Source: an uncultured Candidatus Bathyarchaeia archaeon (GTDB lineage: Archaea; Thermoproteota; Bathyarchaeia; 40CM-2-53-6). Taken from it: a DNA stretch of 64,000 nucleotides. Below are positions 8,564 to 17,939 of this stretch, piece after piece. Both the position numbers and the translations under genes were made by a program. Under the pieces are notes generated by a model, which did not search any database, was not told the origin of the DNA, and saw nothing but the letters and a program-made list of their open reading frames with translations. Each line of letters opens with the position of its first letter. Position 1 is the stretch's first letter. The stretch spans positions 26,656-90,655 of the forward strand of contig CAZHKA010000042.1 in NCBI GenBank assembly GCA_964533505.1, in the 5' to 3' direction.

Positions 8564-10225
8564 TTGATCGACCTCATTCAGGCTTCGACGGTAGTTCTCA
8601 TTCTGGGCGCCGCCATCGCTATGGGCCGCCTGTTGGGGCCGTACGTTTCTAAGGTCTTTGAGCGGACGCCCAGCCGACTAGATAGAGTACTCGATCCAGT
8701 AGAGAACACAATTTATCGGCTTGGAGGGATCAACCCGAGCCGCACTATGAATTGGAAACAATATGCCTTTTCTCTCATGTTTCTTAACATGGTGCAGATG
8801 GCTCTGGCATTCTTCATCTTCATGTTTCAAGACAAATTACCTTTGAACCCGCAAGGATTTCCAGGGTTGAATTGGGACCTTGCCTTTATGCAGGTCATCT
8901 CCTTCGCCACAAATACAAACCTCCAGCATTACAACGGAGAGACCACACTCTCATACCTCAGCCAGATAAGCGCTGTACAGTTCCTACAGTTCACTTCAGC
9001 TGCATCAGGCATCTGTGTGGCCGTGGCATTTGTCAGAGGTTTCAAGGGAGGCACGAAGGATTTTGGTAATTTCTACGTGGATTTCGTGCGATCCCTGACA
9101 CGAGTGTTGTTTCCCTTTTGCTTCATAGCGGCGATGATTCTCGTCGCGCTCGGTACGCCACAATCGTTGAGTGGGTATACGACTGTGAAAACAATTGAGG
9201 GCGCTACACAGATGATCCTAGTCGGACCGGTCGCCTCGTTGGTATCGATTATGCAGTTAGGTACAAACGGTGGCGGTTACTACGGCGCAAACTCGGCCTA
9301 TCCGCTCGAGAACCCCACTCCGGCTACTGACGTACTTCAGATTCTGCTCATGCTACTCATGCCCACCGTTATGTGCTTCGTGTTTGGTGAGATGCTTGGG
9401 AAGAAGAAGGAGACACGCCCGATTCTTTGGGGATCTTACGCGCTCTTCGCCATAGACCTAGTAATTGCGTTCATTCCGAACTCCTCCACCCTGCTAGGTC
9501 CAGGCATGGAAGTTCGATTCGGCGGATTCTTCTCTTCTTTTTGGACGGTTGTTACGACTGCGGTCACCACAGGGTCCGTGAACGCTTCGCTTTACGGTAT
9601 GAACCAGTTCGTAATCGTCGCCGCCTTCATGGGAATGCTGATTCAATCAACACCCGGGGGTAAAGGTGTTGGATTGATGTACATGGTGATGTACGTCGTG
9701 ATAACCGTCTTTATTGTTGGATTAATGTCGGGCAGGACACCCGAATATCTTGGAATGAAGATCAACGGTCGAGACGTCCTCATAGTGATGATCACATTTC
9801 TCGTCCACCCAATCATCATCCTCATTCCCACAGTACTGGCCTTCGCCACGGGCGCCGCGAACGTGATCGGAGTCAGCGGTAATAGTCTCGGCTTCACCCA
9901 GGTCCTCTACGAGTTCACATCGGCGGCGGCGAACAATGGGTCCGACTTCTTTGGATCCTCCGCGAATACGGTGTTCTTCAACGTCTCGACTGGATTTGTC
10001 ATGTTTGCGGGTCGATTCGCGCCGATCCTCTTACTCATGGCACTCTCCGGATCGATGATTGGCAGAAAGAGGCATGTGGAAATCGGCTTGAAAACCGACA
10101 CAGCAGCTTTCATCGTCGTCTTGGTCGGAAGCATCATAATTCTCGTTGCACTGACATTCTTTCCGTTTCTCGCGCTGGGTCCGATACTCGCATGGTTCCA
10201 AGGCCATGCAACGGGCTTCGGGTGA
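8564..10225 (+). CDS. kdpA: potassium-transporting ATPase subunit KdpA
   Basis: Colinear with remembered E. coli KdpA: MNWKQY, TNTNLQHYNGETTLSY, LGTNGGGYYGANSAYPLENPT, GRTPEYLGMKI. TTG start with an in-frame stop 2 codons upstream. Confidence 0.9.
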   Translation: MIDLIQASTVVLILGAAIAMGRLLGPYVSKVFERTPSRLDRVLDPVENTIYRLGGINPSRTMNWKQYAFSLMFLNMVQMALAFFIFMFQDKLPLNPQGFPGLNWDLAFMQVISFATNTNLQHYNGETTLSYLSQISAVQFLQFTSAASGICVAVAFVRGFKGGTKDFGNFYVDFVRSLTRVLFPFCFIAAMILVALGTPQSLSGYTTVKTIEGATQMILVGPVASLVSIMQLGTNGGGYYGANSAYPLENPTPATDVLQILLMLLMPTVMCFVFGEMLGKKKETRPILWGSYALFAIDLVIAFIPNSSTLLGPGMEVRFGGFFSSFWTVVTTAVTTGSVNASLYGMNQFVIVAAFMGMLIQSTPGGKGVGLMYMVMYVVITVFIVGLMSGRTPEYLGMKINGRDVLIVMITFLVHPIIILIPTVLAFATGAANVIGVSGNSLGFTQVLYEFTSAAANNGSDFFGSSANTVFFNVSTGFVMFAGRFAPILLLMALSGSMIGRKRHVEIGLKTDTAAFIVVLVGSIIILVALTFFPFLALGPILAWFQGHATGFG

Positions 10226-10231
10226 AATCTA

Positions 10232-12366
10232 TGGCAACTCATAACAGCAAACCGGGGTCATTGCTTAGCGGCATGTCGGGAAGAACACTACTTGACTCGA
10301 TAATGCGCCTCAACCCCGTTACCCTACGATCGAATCCAGTCATGCTCATCGTTGAGATAACATTCTTCGTCGTCGCGGCGATGGCCATCTACCCACAAGG
10401 CTTCCTGCCCGTGGCGAACCCAAGCGAGACAACCTACTATGTGGAAGTCGCGGTTATTCTTCTCATAACGGTTTGGTTCAGCACACTCTCCGACTGCCTC
10501 GCCGAGAGGCAAGCCAAGAACACAGCAAACAGCTTGAGACAACTCGAACGAGAAGTCCAAGCGAAGAAACTCCCGTCGGGAGACGAGGGTAGCATCACAG
10601 TTACCCCATCGCACTCATTGCGCAAGGGAGACTGGATTCTACTTGAGAAAGGCGACATCATACCGATAGATTCCGAAGTCATGGAAGGAGTCGCTATGGT
10701 CGACGAGTCGCTTCTCACAGGCGAATCAATTCCGGTCAGAAAAGCCGCTACGGACCCATTAATTGGCGGCTCGAAACTCATCAGCGATACGCTGAAGGCG
10801 AAAGTCACGGTTAACCCGGAGGATAGTTTCATCAACCAAATGATTCGACTCGTGGAGGCTTCGAAAAGACCTAAGACACCCAACGAGGTAGCTGTCGAAA
10901 TCGTCCTCATTTCCCTAACAGCCATCTTCACGATCATCCTTTTCGCACTTCTGGGACTCACGATTACGCTAAGCCTGGGCGCCGACCTTTCGGTTCTGAT
11001 TGCACTTTACGTGTGCCTCTTGCCTACAACCATTGGCGCGCTACTGCCAGCAATCGGGATCTCGGGGATGTCGCGGCTTTACGCTCGAAAGATCGTGGCA
11101 AAATCCGGCCGCGCGATTGAGACAGCAGGCGATACGGACACAATCCTACTGGACAAGACCGGCACAATAACCGTTGGAAGTCGACAGGCGACCGAATTCA
11201 CACCCTTCGGAGATCACACGGAGCAGGAGGTGGGAGAAGCTGCATTTCTCTCATCTTGGCACGATGACACGCCGGAAGGGCGAAGCATCATCCGACTAGC
11301 ATACAACCATGCACTAATACCAAAAGAACTAAACGCTCTAGGGCTATCCGAAGCCTATGAATTCTCAGCCACAACCAGAACAAGCGGAGTGAAGTTCACT
11401 GGCGGTACAGGATTCATGCTACCAAAAGCTGCTAGAGCTACTTCAGAGAGAAGTAGGTTCAGACGCAAATTCACAGACTCGCTGACAGAGTCTTTAGCAG
11501 CAGATGAAGTTGAAATAATCAAAGGGGCGCCGGACGCGATTAGGGCAATTGCGACCGAGGTTCCCAAAGATTACGACGCTACCATCGATAGAGTTTCGCA
11601 AGAGGGCGACAGCCCCGTAGCGATAGCCAAAAACCGCGAAATCATCGGCGTAATCCGCCTTAGGGATGTTCTCAAGGAAGGAATCAGAGAGAAGATTCGT
11701 GATGTCAAGGCAATGGGAATCCGTCCGATAATGATCACGGGGGATCAGCCGCTGACTGCGAAGAGCATAGCCTCCGAAGTTGGCATTGACGAATACGTTC
11801 CTAAAGCGAAACCGGAGGACAAGTATCAGATTGTTCTCAAGGAACAAGCGAACACACGCATAGTCGCTATGATTGGCGACGGAACCAACGACGCGCCCGC
11901 CCTGGCGGTTGCGGACGTCGGACTAGCAATGAACTCAGGCACGCAAGCGGCGAAAGAAGCGGCAAACATGGTCGACCTTGAATCTAACCCATCGAAGATC
12001 ATCGAGGTCGTCATGCTCGGCAAACAGTTACTGATGACGAGGGGAGCGATAACGACCTTCAGCATTGCGAACGATGTTTCAAAATATTTCGCCATCGTAC
12101 CCGTTCTGTTCAGCGTCATACCCGAACTCGAAGCCCTGAACATACTTCATCTTGGATTGAAGACGGCAGTGCTCTCAGCCCTAATATTCAACGCAGTCAT
12201 AATTCCACTCCTCATCCCACTGGCTATGAGGGGAGTCTCATTCAAACCGACTGACACCATGACGCTATTCCTCAGGAACACGATGATTTACGGAGTGGGC
12301 GGCGTCATAGTTCCCTTCATCGGCATCAAACTGATCGACGTCCTGCTACTTGCGATTCACTTCTAG
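10232..12366 (+). CDS. kdpB: potassium-transporting P-type ATPase subunit KdpB
   Basis: DKTGTIT phosphorylation motif, MITGDQPLTA, GDGTNDAPALA, NSGTQAAKEAANMVDLESNPSKIIEVV. The ATG at 10232 follows the kdpA stop. Confidence 0.9.
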
Positions 12367-12372
12367 GAGGAT

Positions 12373-12816
12373 GTGAAAATGGAGAGAGATCTGTACGCAC
12401 CGATAGTGACATTGGCCATGATATCGCTCGTGCTCTGCGGACTGGCATTCCCCATCTTCGTAACCGGCGTAGCTCAGATCCTGATGCCCTACCAAGCTAA
12501 CGGAGAACTTGTTCAATACAACGGACGCCTCGCCGGGTCAATCCTGGTTTCAGAGAATTTCAATTCGTCCAAGTTCTTCCATCCCTGGAACGCATCAGCG
12601 TCCGGAGTTGATCCCGACATCACACTTCAGGATGCATATTCACAGATACCGCGGATACATGCCGCCACAGGAATTCCGACGAACGCGATCAAGCAGATCG
12701 TCGACGAGAACGTTGAGTGGACGCTATGGGTTACTGGCGACCCTTACGTAAATGTCCTAAGGCTTAACCTAATCCTCATTCAGAATTATCCATCCGCGTA
12801 CAGCGAATTTAGCTAA
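12373..12816 (+). CDS. kdpC: potassium-transporting ATPase subunit KdpC
   Basis: Single N-terminal TM, then QANGELV..NG...GS.L....F....FH.W.ASASGVDPDITL. Gene order matches kdpABC. Confidence 0.8.
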   Translation: MKMERDLYAPIVTLAMISLVLCGLAFPIFVTGVAQILMPYQANGELVQYNGRLAGSILVSENFNSSKFFHPWNASASGVDPDITLQDAYSQIPRIHAATGIPTNAIKQIVDENVEWTLWVTGDPYVNVLRLNLILIQNYPSAYSEFS

Positions 12817-12837
12817 GGGTCGGGACAGAACCTAAGA

Positions 12838-14319
12838 ATGAGGTCGAAACGGAAGGTATCTCTTCGTAGACAGCTCAACACTTTTGACACGACCAGCCTC
12901 GTTGTAGGCTCTGCGGTTGGAGCCGACATATTCGTCATACCATCCTTAATCGCGGCCCTAATCGGTCCTGTCTCGATTCTGATCTGGCTCATTGGCGCTG
13001 TCATCGCGATCGCCATCGCCCTGTGCTTTGCCTACTGCGCAACAATCCTTCCGAGAGTTGGAGGATCATACGCCTACGCGAAGGAAGTCGCCGGTCCATT
13101 TCCTGGTTTCATGGTAGGATGGGCGCTGCTTCTCGCAGAATGGTTCACGCTCGCAGTCTACCCCGTCGCGTTCACGCAGTATTTCCAAGCTATCGTGCCA
13201 AACCTAACGCTCCCCGAAGTCATCTTCTTGAAAACAATTTTCACGGCGACAATCATTATAACCAACGTTTACGGTGTCAAGGCGGCGAGCAGATTCAACG
13301 ATGCGTTAACAATCGCGAAATTGGGCCCTCTCTTATTGTTGATCTGTCTTGGAATCACCTTCATTCTTCTCAGGCCTAATTTGGCGACATCCCATTTTGT
13401 GCCCTTTGTAAATGGAAGCTTGTCCAACGCAGGCCAAGTGTTGATTCTAGTAATTTGGGCTTACGCGGGCTTCGAACTCTCTAGCCTACCGGCAGATGAA
13501 ATCGAGAACCCGCGCAAGACGCTTCCGAAGGCCCTACTTCTTGGGATGTTGATTGTGGCCGCATTCTATATCATCACTAACTTCGTTGTGATTGCAATTG
13601 TAGACCAAGCCAGTCTAGGCGCGTCAACCCATCCGTTGAGCCTTGCGGCCTCTACCGCACTACGTTTCTCACCAACACTCTCCATCATCGGAAGCCTCGT
13701 TCTTACCTTTGGTGCACTCGCATCAATCCTTGGTGTAGACGAATCAGGGACGATTGGAACCTCCAGGTTAGCTTTCGCCATGTCGATCGATGGGATGCTG
13801 CCTCGAGTCTTCAGTAAACTGCACAGTTCCTCAAAAGCCCCCTATGTCAGCATAATTGTACTCTGTGCGACTGCCCTGATCGCGAGCCTCACGAACAGCT
13901 TATCGGCATTGATCAATGCATCAGTTTTCCTGCTCTCATTTGCATACCTCGCCACTTGCATCTCAGCATACTTCCTAGAAAAGAAACGTTCCAAGTATCA
14001 GACCACATCACATCGTTACAAGCTAATTGTATTCTTCGGAGTCGCTTTCTCAGCCCTATTAATGACTCAAGTAAACATGCAACAAGTGCTGATCTCAATC
14101 GCACTCTTCGCAATTGGTCTACCCATCTATGTCTTCTTCGCGCCGAGGAAAGAGATGACCGAACTCAAGAAAGATTTCATGTCGAGAGACGCCATATTAG
14201 AAAGAACGTACCAGCAAGGGCAAGTCTATCTGGCCAATGTTTACCGACATGCCAAATTGCTCATTTACCGCAGGAAACACATACCAAATGCCTGGGAAGT
14301 CCATGAGAGCGAACATTGA
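12838..14319 (+). CDS. APC-family amino acid/polyamine permease
   Basis: 493 aa, about 12 TM, with GSAVGADIFVIPS and AYAGFELSS typical of APC transporters. Starts 22 nt after the kdpC stop. Confidence 0.75.
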   Translation: MRSKRKVSLRRQLNTFDTTSLVVGSAVGADIFVIPSLIAALIGPVSILIWLIGAVIAIAIALCFAYCATILPRVGGSYAYAKEVAGPFPGFMVGWALLLAEWFTLAVYPVAFTQYFQAIVPNLTLPEVIFLKTIFTATIIITNVYGVKAASRFNDALTIAKLGPLLLLICLGITFILLRPNLATSHFVPFVNGSLSNAGQVLILVIWAYAGFELSSLPADEIENPRKTLPKALLLGMLIVAAFYIITNFVVIAIVDQASLGASTHPLSLAASTALRFSPTLSIIGSLVLTFGALASILGVDESGTIGTSRLAFAMSIDGMLPRVFSKLHSSSKAPYVSIIVLCATALIASLTNSLSALINASVFLLSFAYLATCISAYFLEKKRSKYQTTSHRYKLIVFFGVAFSALLMTQVNMQQVLISIALFAIGLPIYVFFAPRKEMTELKKDFMSRDAILERTYQQGQVYLANVYRHAKLLIYRRKHIPNAWEVHESEH

Positions 14320-14378
14320 CTTGCTACATACACCGAAACTCTCATCCTAGATAACTTCGAAACCGTTGACTCCCCGAA

Positions 14379-14917
14379 ATGACCCAGCTCATCTCCATGA
14401 CGAAGATCTCCTCAGCGTTCAAACCCTATACAGACAAGTGGCTCAAGGTGTTAAGAGAGATTTCCGATCCAAAACGGGGTACTGGGACAGCCCGAGCCAG
14501 CGTGATCTTACTTGGCGACCAAGCCCCGGAAGTTAAACAAGGAACACATCGCCTCATCTCCGACGAGCCCCCAGCCATTGAAGGGAGCGACATGGGCCGA
14601 CTCCTGGACTACACAGCGGCAATCGGATTCTTTGAGAACGTGGCATTCGTATGCCACCCTCAACGGATTAGACTTCGACTCATTACAGGCAACCGTGAAA
14701 AGGCCCCTTGACAGACGAAGGCAAGCAGATTTCTGTGAGATCGAGCCTGCATTCAGAGACTTCGTAGTTGAGACAACAGTAACGTCAAGACTCGATCGAG
14801 AAGATCAAGAAGGTTACAATGATCGCTAACAAGCGATGCCACATGCACTCAACAATTGCAAAAGTGGGCAGAGTCGAGGACAAACTCTTCGTTAATGGTG
14901 CAGAAGCATCTCTCTAG
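14379..14917 (+). pseudogene. OsmC/Ohr-family protein, interrupted by two +1 frame changes
   Basis: Frame 0 gives ...HRLISDEPPAIEGSDMG..AAIGFFENVAF. Frame +1 gives YATLNGLDFDSLQATVK...FRDFVVETTVTS.LDREDQE. Frame +2 gives VTMIANKRCHMHSTIAKVGRVEDKLFVNG*. Together they read like one OsmC-like protein. The shifts are near 14641-14655 and 14808-14815. Confidence 0.5.
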
Positions 14918-14996
14918 AGCACCAGGGAGCGCAACCCGCGCATTTCACGCGCGAAAGCAATCCATGCACAGTAAAGATTAGACGGAGATCTAATGC

Positions 14997-15641
14997 TCAG
15001 CGAGCGATTCTGAAATTGAAGGGACGATTTTGATATAATCCCCAGAGTCGTAGCCAAATAGGTAGGACCATCTCGGTGCCTCTCGCGGCCGTGATGTCTC
15101 CTAGGTCTATTATTGACTGCCAACCGAACGATTTCATGATCTCGACTACTTTGGCCTTTGCCTGCGGGTCATTTCCGCAAACGAATGCGTCATGGTCTCC
15201 CGGCACGATGGAGGGTTCGACCATTACCTTACAATTCATCGTGTTGAATGCTTTTACGACTTTCACGTTTGGGAATGCGCGTTGTATCTGCTCCCCCAAA
15301 GAGTCCGAATTACAGACCGATAATGTGGGAGGCATTCCTTTCGAAAAGTCCAGAGGGTTAGCAACATCGACTAGTACTTTTCCCTTGAGGTTACTTCCGC
15401 CGGCGGATCTTAGAGCGACTAGTGAAACTGTGCCGGCTGTACAGTTGAAGACTACGTCGCCGAACGAGGCTGCGTCGGCGAAGGTTCCGTGAAATGCCCG
15501 GTCGCCGTTGTTTTTCGCCCAGTCGGCAGCCTTCTCGTTAGTCGCGGAACGTGAACCCATCTTAACATCGTGACCAAGCTGAAGTAGCTTTGACCCGAGC
15601 GTCGCGCCGACAATGCCGGTGCCGAGAATTCCAACTTTCAT
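14997..15641 (-). CDS. NADP oxidoreductase, F420-dependent family (Fno/NpdG-like)
   Basis: MKVGILGTGIVGATLGSKLLQLGHDVKMGSR Rossmann N-terminus and the overall 214-aa architecture of the F420_oxidored family. Confidence 0.6.
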   Translation of the reverse strand: MKVGILGTGIVGATLGSKLLQLGHDVKMGSRSATNEKAADWAKNNGDRAFHGTFADAASFGDVVFNCTAGTVSLVALRSAGGSNLKGKVLVDVANPLDFSKGMPPTLSVCNSDSLGEQIQRAFPNVKVVKAFNTMNCKVMVEPSIVPGDHDAFVCGNDPQAKAKVVEIMKSFGWQSIIDLGDITAARGTEMVLPIWLRLWGLYQNRPFNFRIAR

Positions 15642-15747
15642 AGTCGGGTCCCCTAGATTGGCTTACGATTGTGAACTGTATATATTGACTACACTTTCGG
15701 GCCCTTGATGCTTTTAGCGCAGGAATGTCTAAGCTGACGAGATTCAT

Positions 15748-16128
15748 TTGGTCGATTTGGCGGGCGAGAGTGCTGAGATTCTTCGTAAGGAGAAGTTTGC
15801 TTACCTTACGACAGTTGGGAGGAAGACTGGAAAGAAGCACACCGTTCAACTATGGTTTGCATTCTCGAACGGTAGCATATTCCTCAGCCATGAAGGCGAC
15901 TATACGGATTGGATTAAGAACATGACTCACGAGAGACGGGTGCAGCTTAAAATTGGGACGTTAAGCGTCGAAGCGAATGGGGTAATAGTCAAAGAGGGTC
16001 GCTCCCGCGAGTTAGGTAAGAAGGCGTTATATGAGAAATACTATGGGCCTGCGCCTAAAGCAACGATTGACGATTGGTTTGAACGCTCAGCCGTAGTCGA
16101 CCTTACTCCCATAAAATACAGCTCTTGA
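15748..16128 (+). CDS. deazaflavin (F420H2)-dependent nitroreductase/DDN-family protein
   Basis: AYLTTVGRKTGKKHTVQLWF...DWIKNM motif pattern of the small split-barrel DDN family. Confidence 0.55.
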   Translation: MVDLAGESAEILRKEKFAYLTTVGRKTGKKHTVQLWFAFSNGSIFLSHEGDYTDWIKNMTHERRVQLKIGTLSVEANGVIVKEGRSRELGKKALYEKYYGPAPKATIDDWFERSAVVDLTPIKYSS

Positions 16129-16238
16129 GATATGTTCGTCAAACACCGGACATTACAGGCAACTGGAAAATGCTGCGCGTACATGGGCAGCTCAGATGCG
16201 CTACGTTTCTCTTCGGGGAGCGAAACGCCTGCATGAGT

Positions 16239-17558
16239 CTAAAACTTCAGGTTTCGAGGTCGGATTGTTGAAATAATCCAGTCCTGGGTCAATATGAGAG
16301 GCATATTGAATTCGGCCAAGTCAATTATGCTGTTAGGCTTACCGAATGTTGGCCTATGCAGCCGAAAGATATGCGCGCCTATCCAGTCCACGTATGTATA
16401 ATTGCTAACTAGTGATGATATATTACTTAACGACCCTTCGGTGTATTCATAAAGTGAACCTTTGCCGTTGAAGTATCCGCCGATAATCCACGTGCCGGTC
16501 GTTGCCGCAATCGAGAGTATACTTGAGTCAGGAAGCTGGTCATTGATCTTGGGGGAGACCTCTGCAGTCAAGTCCGTAAAAATACCGTTAGCGTACTTGG
16601 CGAGCCAGGCGTGACCATAGTCAGTTTGCGCAATCGGTGTTCCACCGCCAAGTATCCACCCTTCACCGTCCCAAGCAATCGCATTCACCGAACTGCAACA
16701 ACCGCCGTTCATCTCCAACACGGAATCTAGCTTTGCGGTCAAATCGGTAAAGTTACGGCCGTCATATGATACCAGAAAATTGACTCCTCCAATTAGCCAA
16801 TAGTAGCCGTTCCAAGATAACGCTTGGACTGAGCCGAAGTAGCCAACTGCTTGCTCCAACCTCTGAGTCAGATCGACAATTTTCTTTCCGTCGAAGCTGA
16901 ACAAAGCGCCGTTGTATTGGTAACCTCCGCCAATTAACCAGTACTCACCGTTCCACGCATTCGCGTACAAGATGGCGTCCCTTTGTTCCGGGACGATGGA
17001 AGACAGGTCTGTGAAATTACTTCCATCGAAGAGCGCGAGGGACATGTGGTTGGAACCATAGTAGAACGCGTTGTCGGTTGTCAAGTTGCCGGAGCCCAAG
17101 CCAGAGAGCAGCCATTCTTTGCCATTTGCGCTCGCGGCAAAGATATCACCACCGTGCCATGTGTTCTCAGCTTGGTACTGATCTAGGGACCCCCCATCGA
17201 CTTGGTTCTGACCATTGTATAGGAAAATGTAGGGGTTAGAGCCGTTAGGGCCGTTGTCCTCTCCCCAACCCGAGATCAGCCATTGGGAGCCGTTCCATCC
17301 GCCCCCCCACACGGTTCCTTCGGTGGGAGCGGGAATCAGCGAGGCAATGGAATAATTGGTAAGGTCTATCTTCTCCAGTCGAGGGGCTTGATTAAACTTA
17401 AACCAAGTTCCATTCTGGCCGCCGACCATTACGTAGCTCGAATCGGCAGGGCTGGAGTTGTCTGCAGACGGACTTCTAGTCGCAGCAAATGGAATGCTGC
17501 ATGCAGCCATAGTAACTATTAGAAGGACCAAAACCCATCTTGCTGACTTCACCGGCAA
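16239..17558 (-). CDS. secreted repeat protein, probable beta-propeller (possible lipoprotein)
   Basis: Signal peptide with Cys (LIVTMAACS). Six to seven ~55-aa repeats with W(L/I)(I/L)(S/G)G cores: QWLISGWG, EWLLSGLG, YWLIGGGY, YWLIGGVN, GWILGGGT, TWIIGGYF. Repeated DG.NFTDLT also occurs. Confidence 0.6.
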   Translation of the reverse strand: MPVKSARWVLVLLIVTMAACSIPFAATRSPSADNSSPADSSYVMVGGQNGTWFKFNQAPRLEKIDLTNYSIASLIPAPTEGTVWGGGWNGSQWLISGWGEDNGPNGSNPYIFLYNGQNQVDGGSLDQYQAENTWHGGDIFAASANGKEWLLSGLGSGNLTTDNAFYYGSNHMSLALFDGSNFTDLSSIVPEQRDAILYANAWNGEYWLIGGGYQYNGALFSFDGKKIVDLTQRLEQAVGYFGSVQALSWNGYYWLIGGVNFLVSYDGRNFTDLTAKLDSVLEMNGGCCSSVNAIAWDGEGWILGGGTPIAQTDYGHAWLAKYANGIFTDLTAEVSPKINDQLPDSSILSIAATTGTWIIGGYFNGKGSLYEYTEGSLSNISSLVSNYTYVDWIGAHIFRLHRPTFGKPNSIIDLAEFNMPLILTQDWIISTIRPRNLKF

Positions 17559-17939
17559 CCCATCCTCAGAGCTGAGCGCCTAATTCTCCGGCCAACCCCT
17601 GGTCAGGAACCGTGAAGGCATGAAGGGTTTCATAGCGAACGACCTGAGAGATTCATCTTCACCGAAATCCGCTATTTGAAATGACGCGCTGCAATCTTTT
17701 GGTTAATAAATTAAGTGGATGAACGATTAATCACAACCCAAACAGCCGGAGCGATTATTCAAGCATGTAGGTTCTCAAGTTATCTACGTCAGATTGATAA
17801 TTGTATATCAAATTGTTTGTCAAACCGTTCATCCAATGATAAAGGATTCCCGCGCCGTTCTCTCGACCTATTGGGCGCCGCTTATTTTTCTAACTCATCC
17901 TATAGGAGCGGCGGTTTCCAAGTCTCTCGTGGAATGTGG

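Noticed and set aside
10192-10231. Longer kdpB ORF starting at 10192 and overlapping kdpA.
   Set aside because: The extension (MVPRPCNGLRVKS) overlaps the kdpA C-terminus in another frame. The ATG at 10232, just after the kdpA stop, gives a normal KdpB N-terminus.
10437-10961. Long antisense ORFs inside strongly supported genes. Examples: 10437-10961 and 11826-12143 in kdpB, 1264-1590, 25468-25932, 32849-33334 in mvhA, 36025-36429 in hdrA, 40947-41297, 60437-60838 and 62035-62478.
   Set aside because: These are shadow ORFs opposite genes with clear family motifs. Their translations are low-complexity (Arg/Ser/Pro-rich) with no recognisable motifs.
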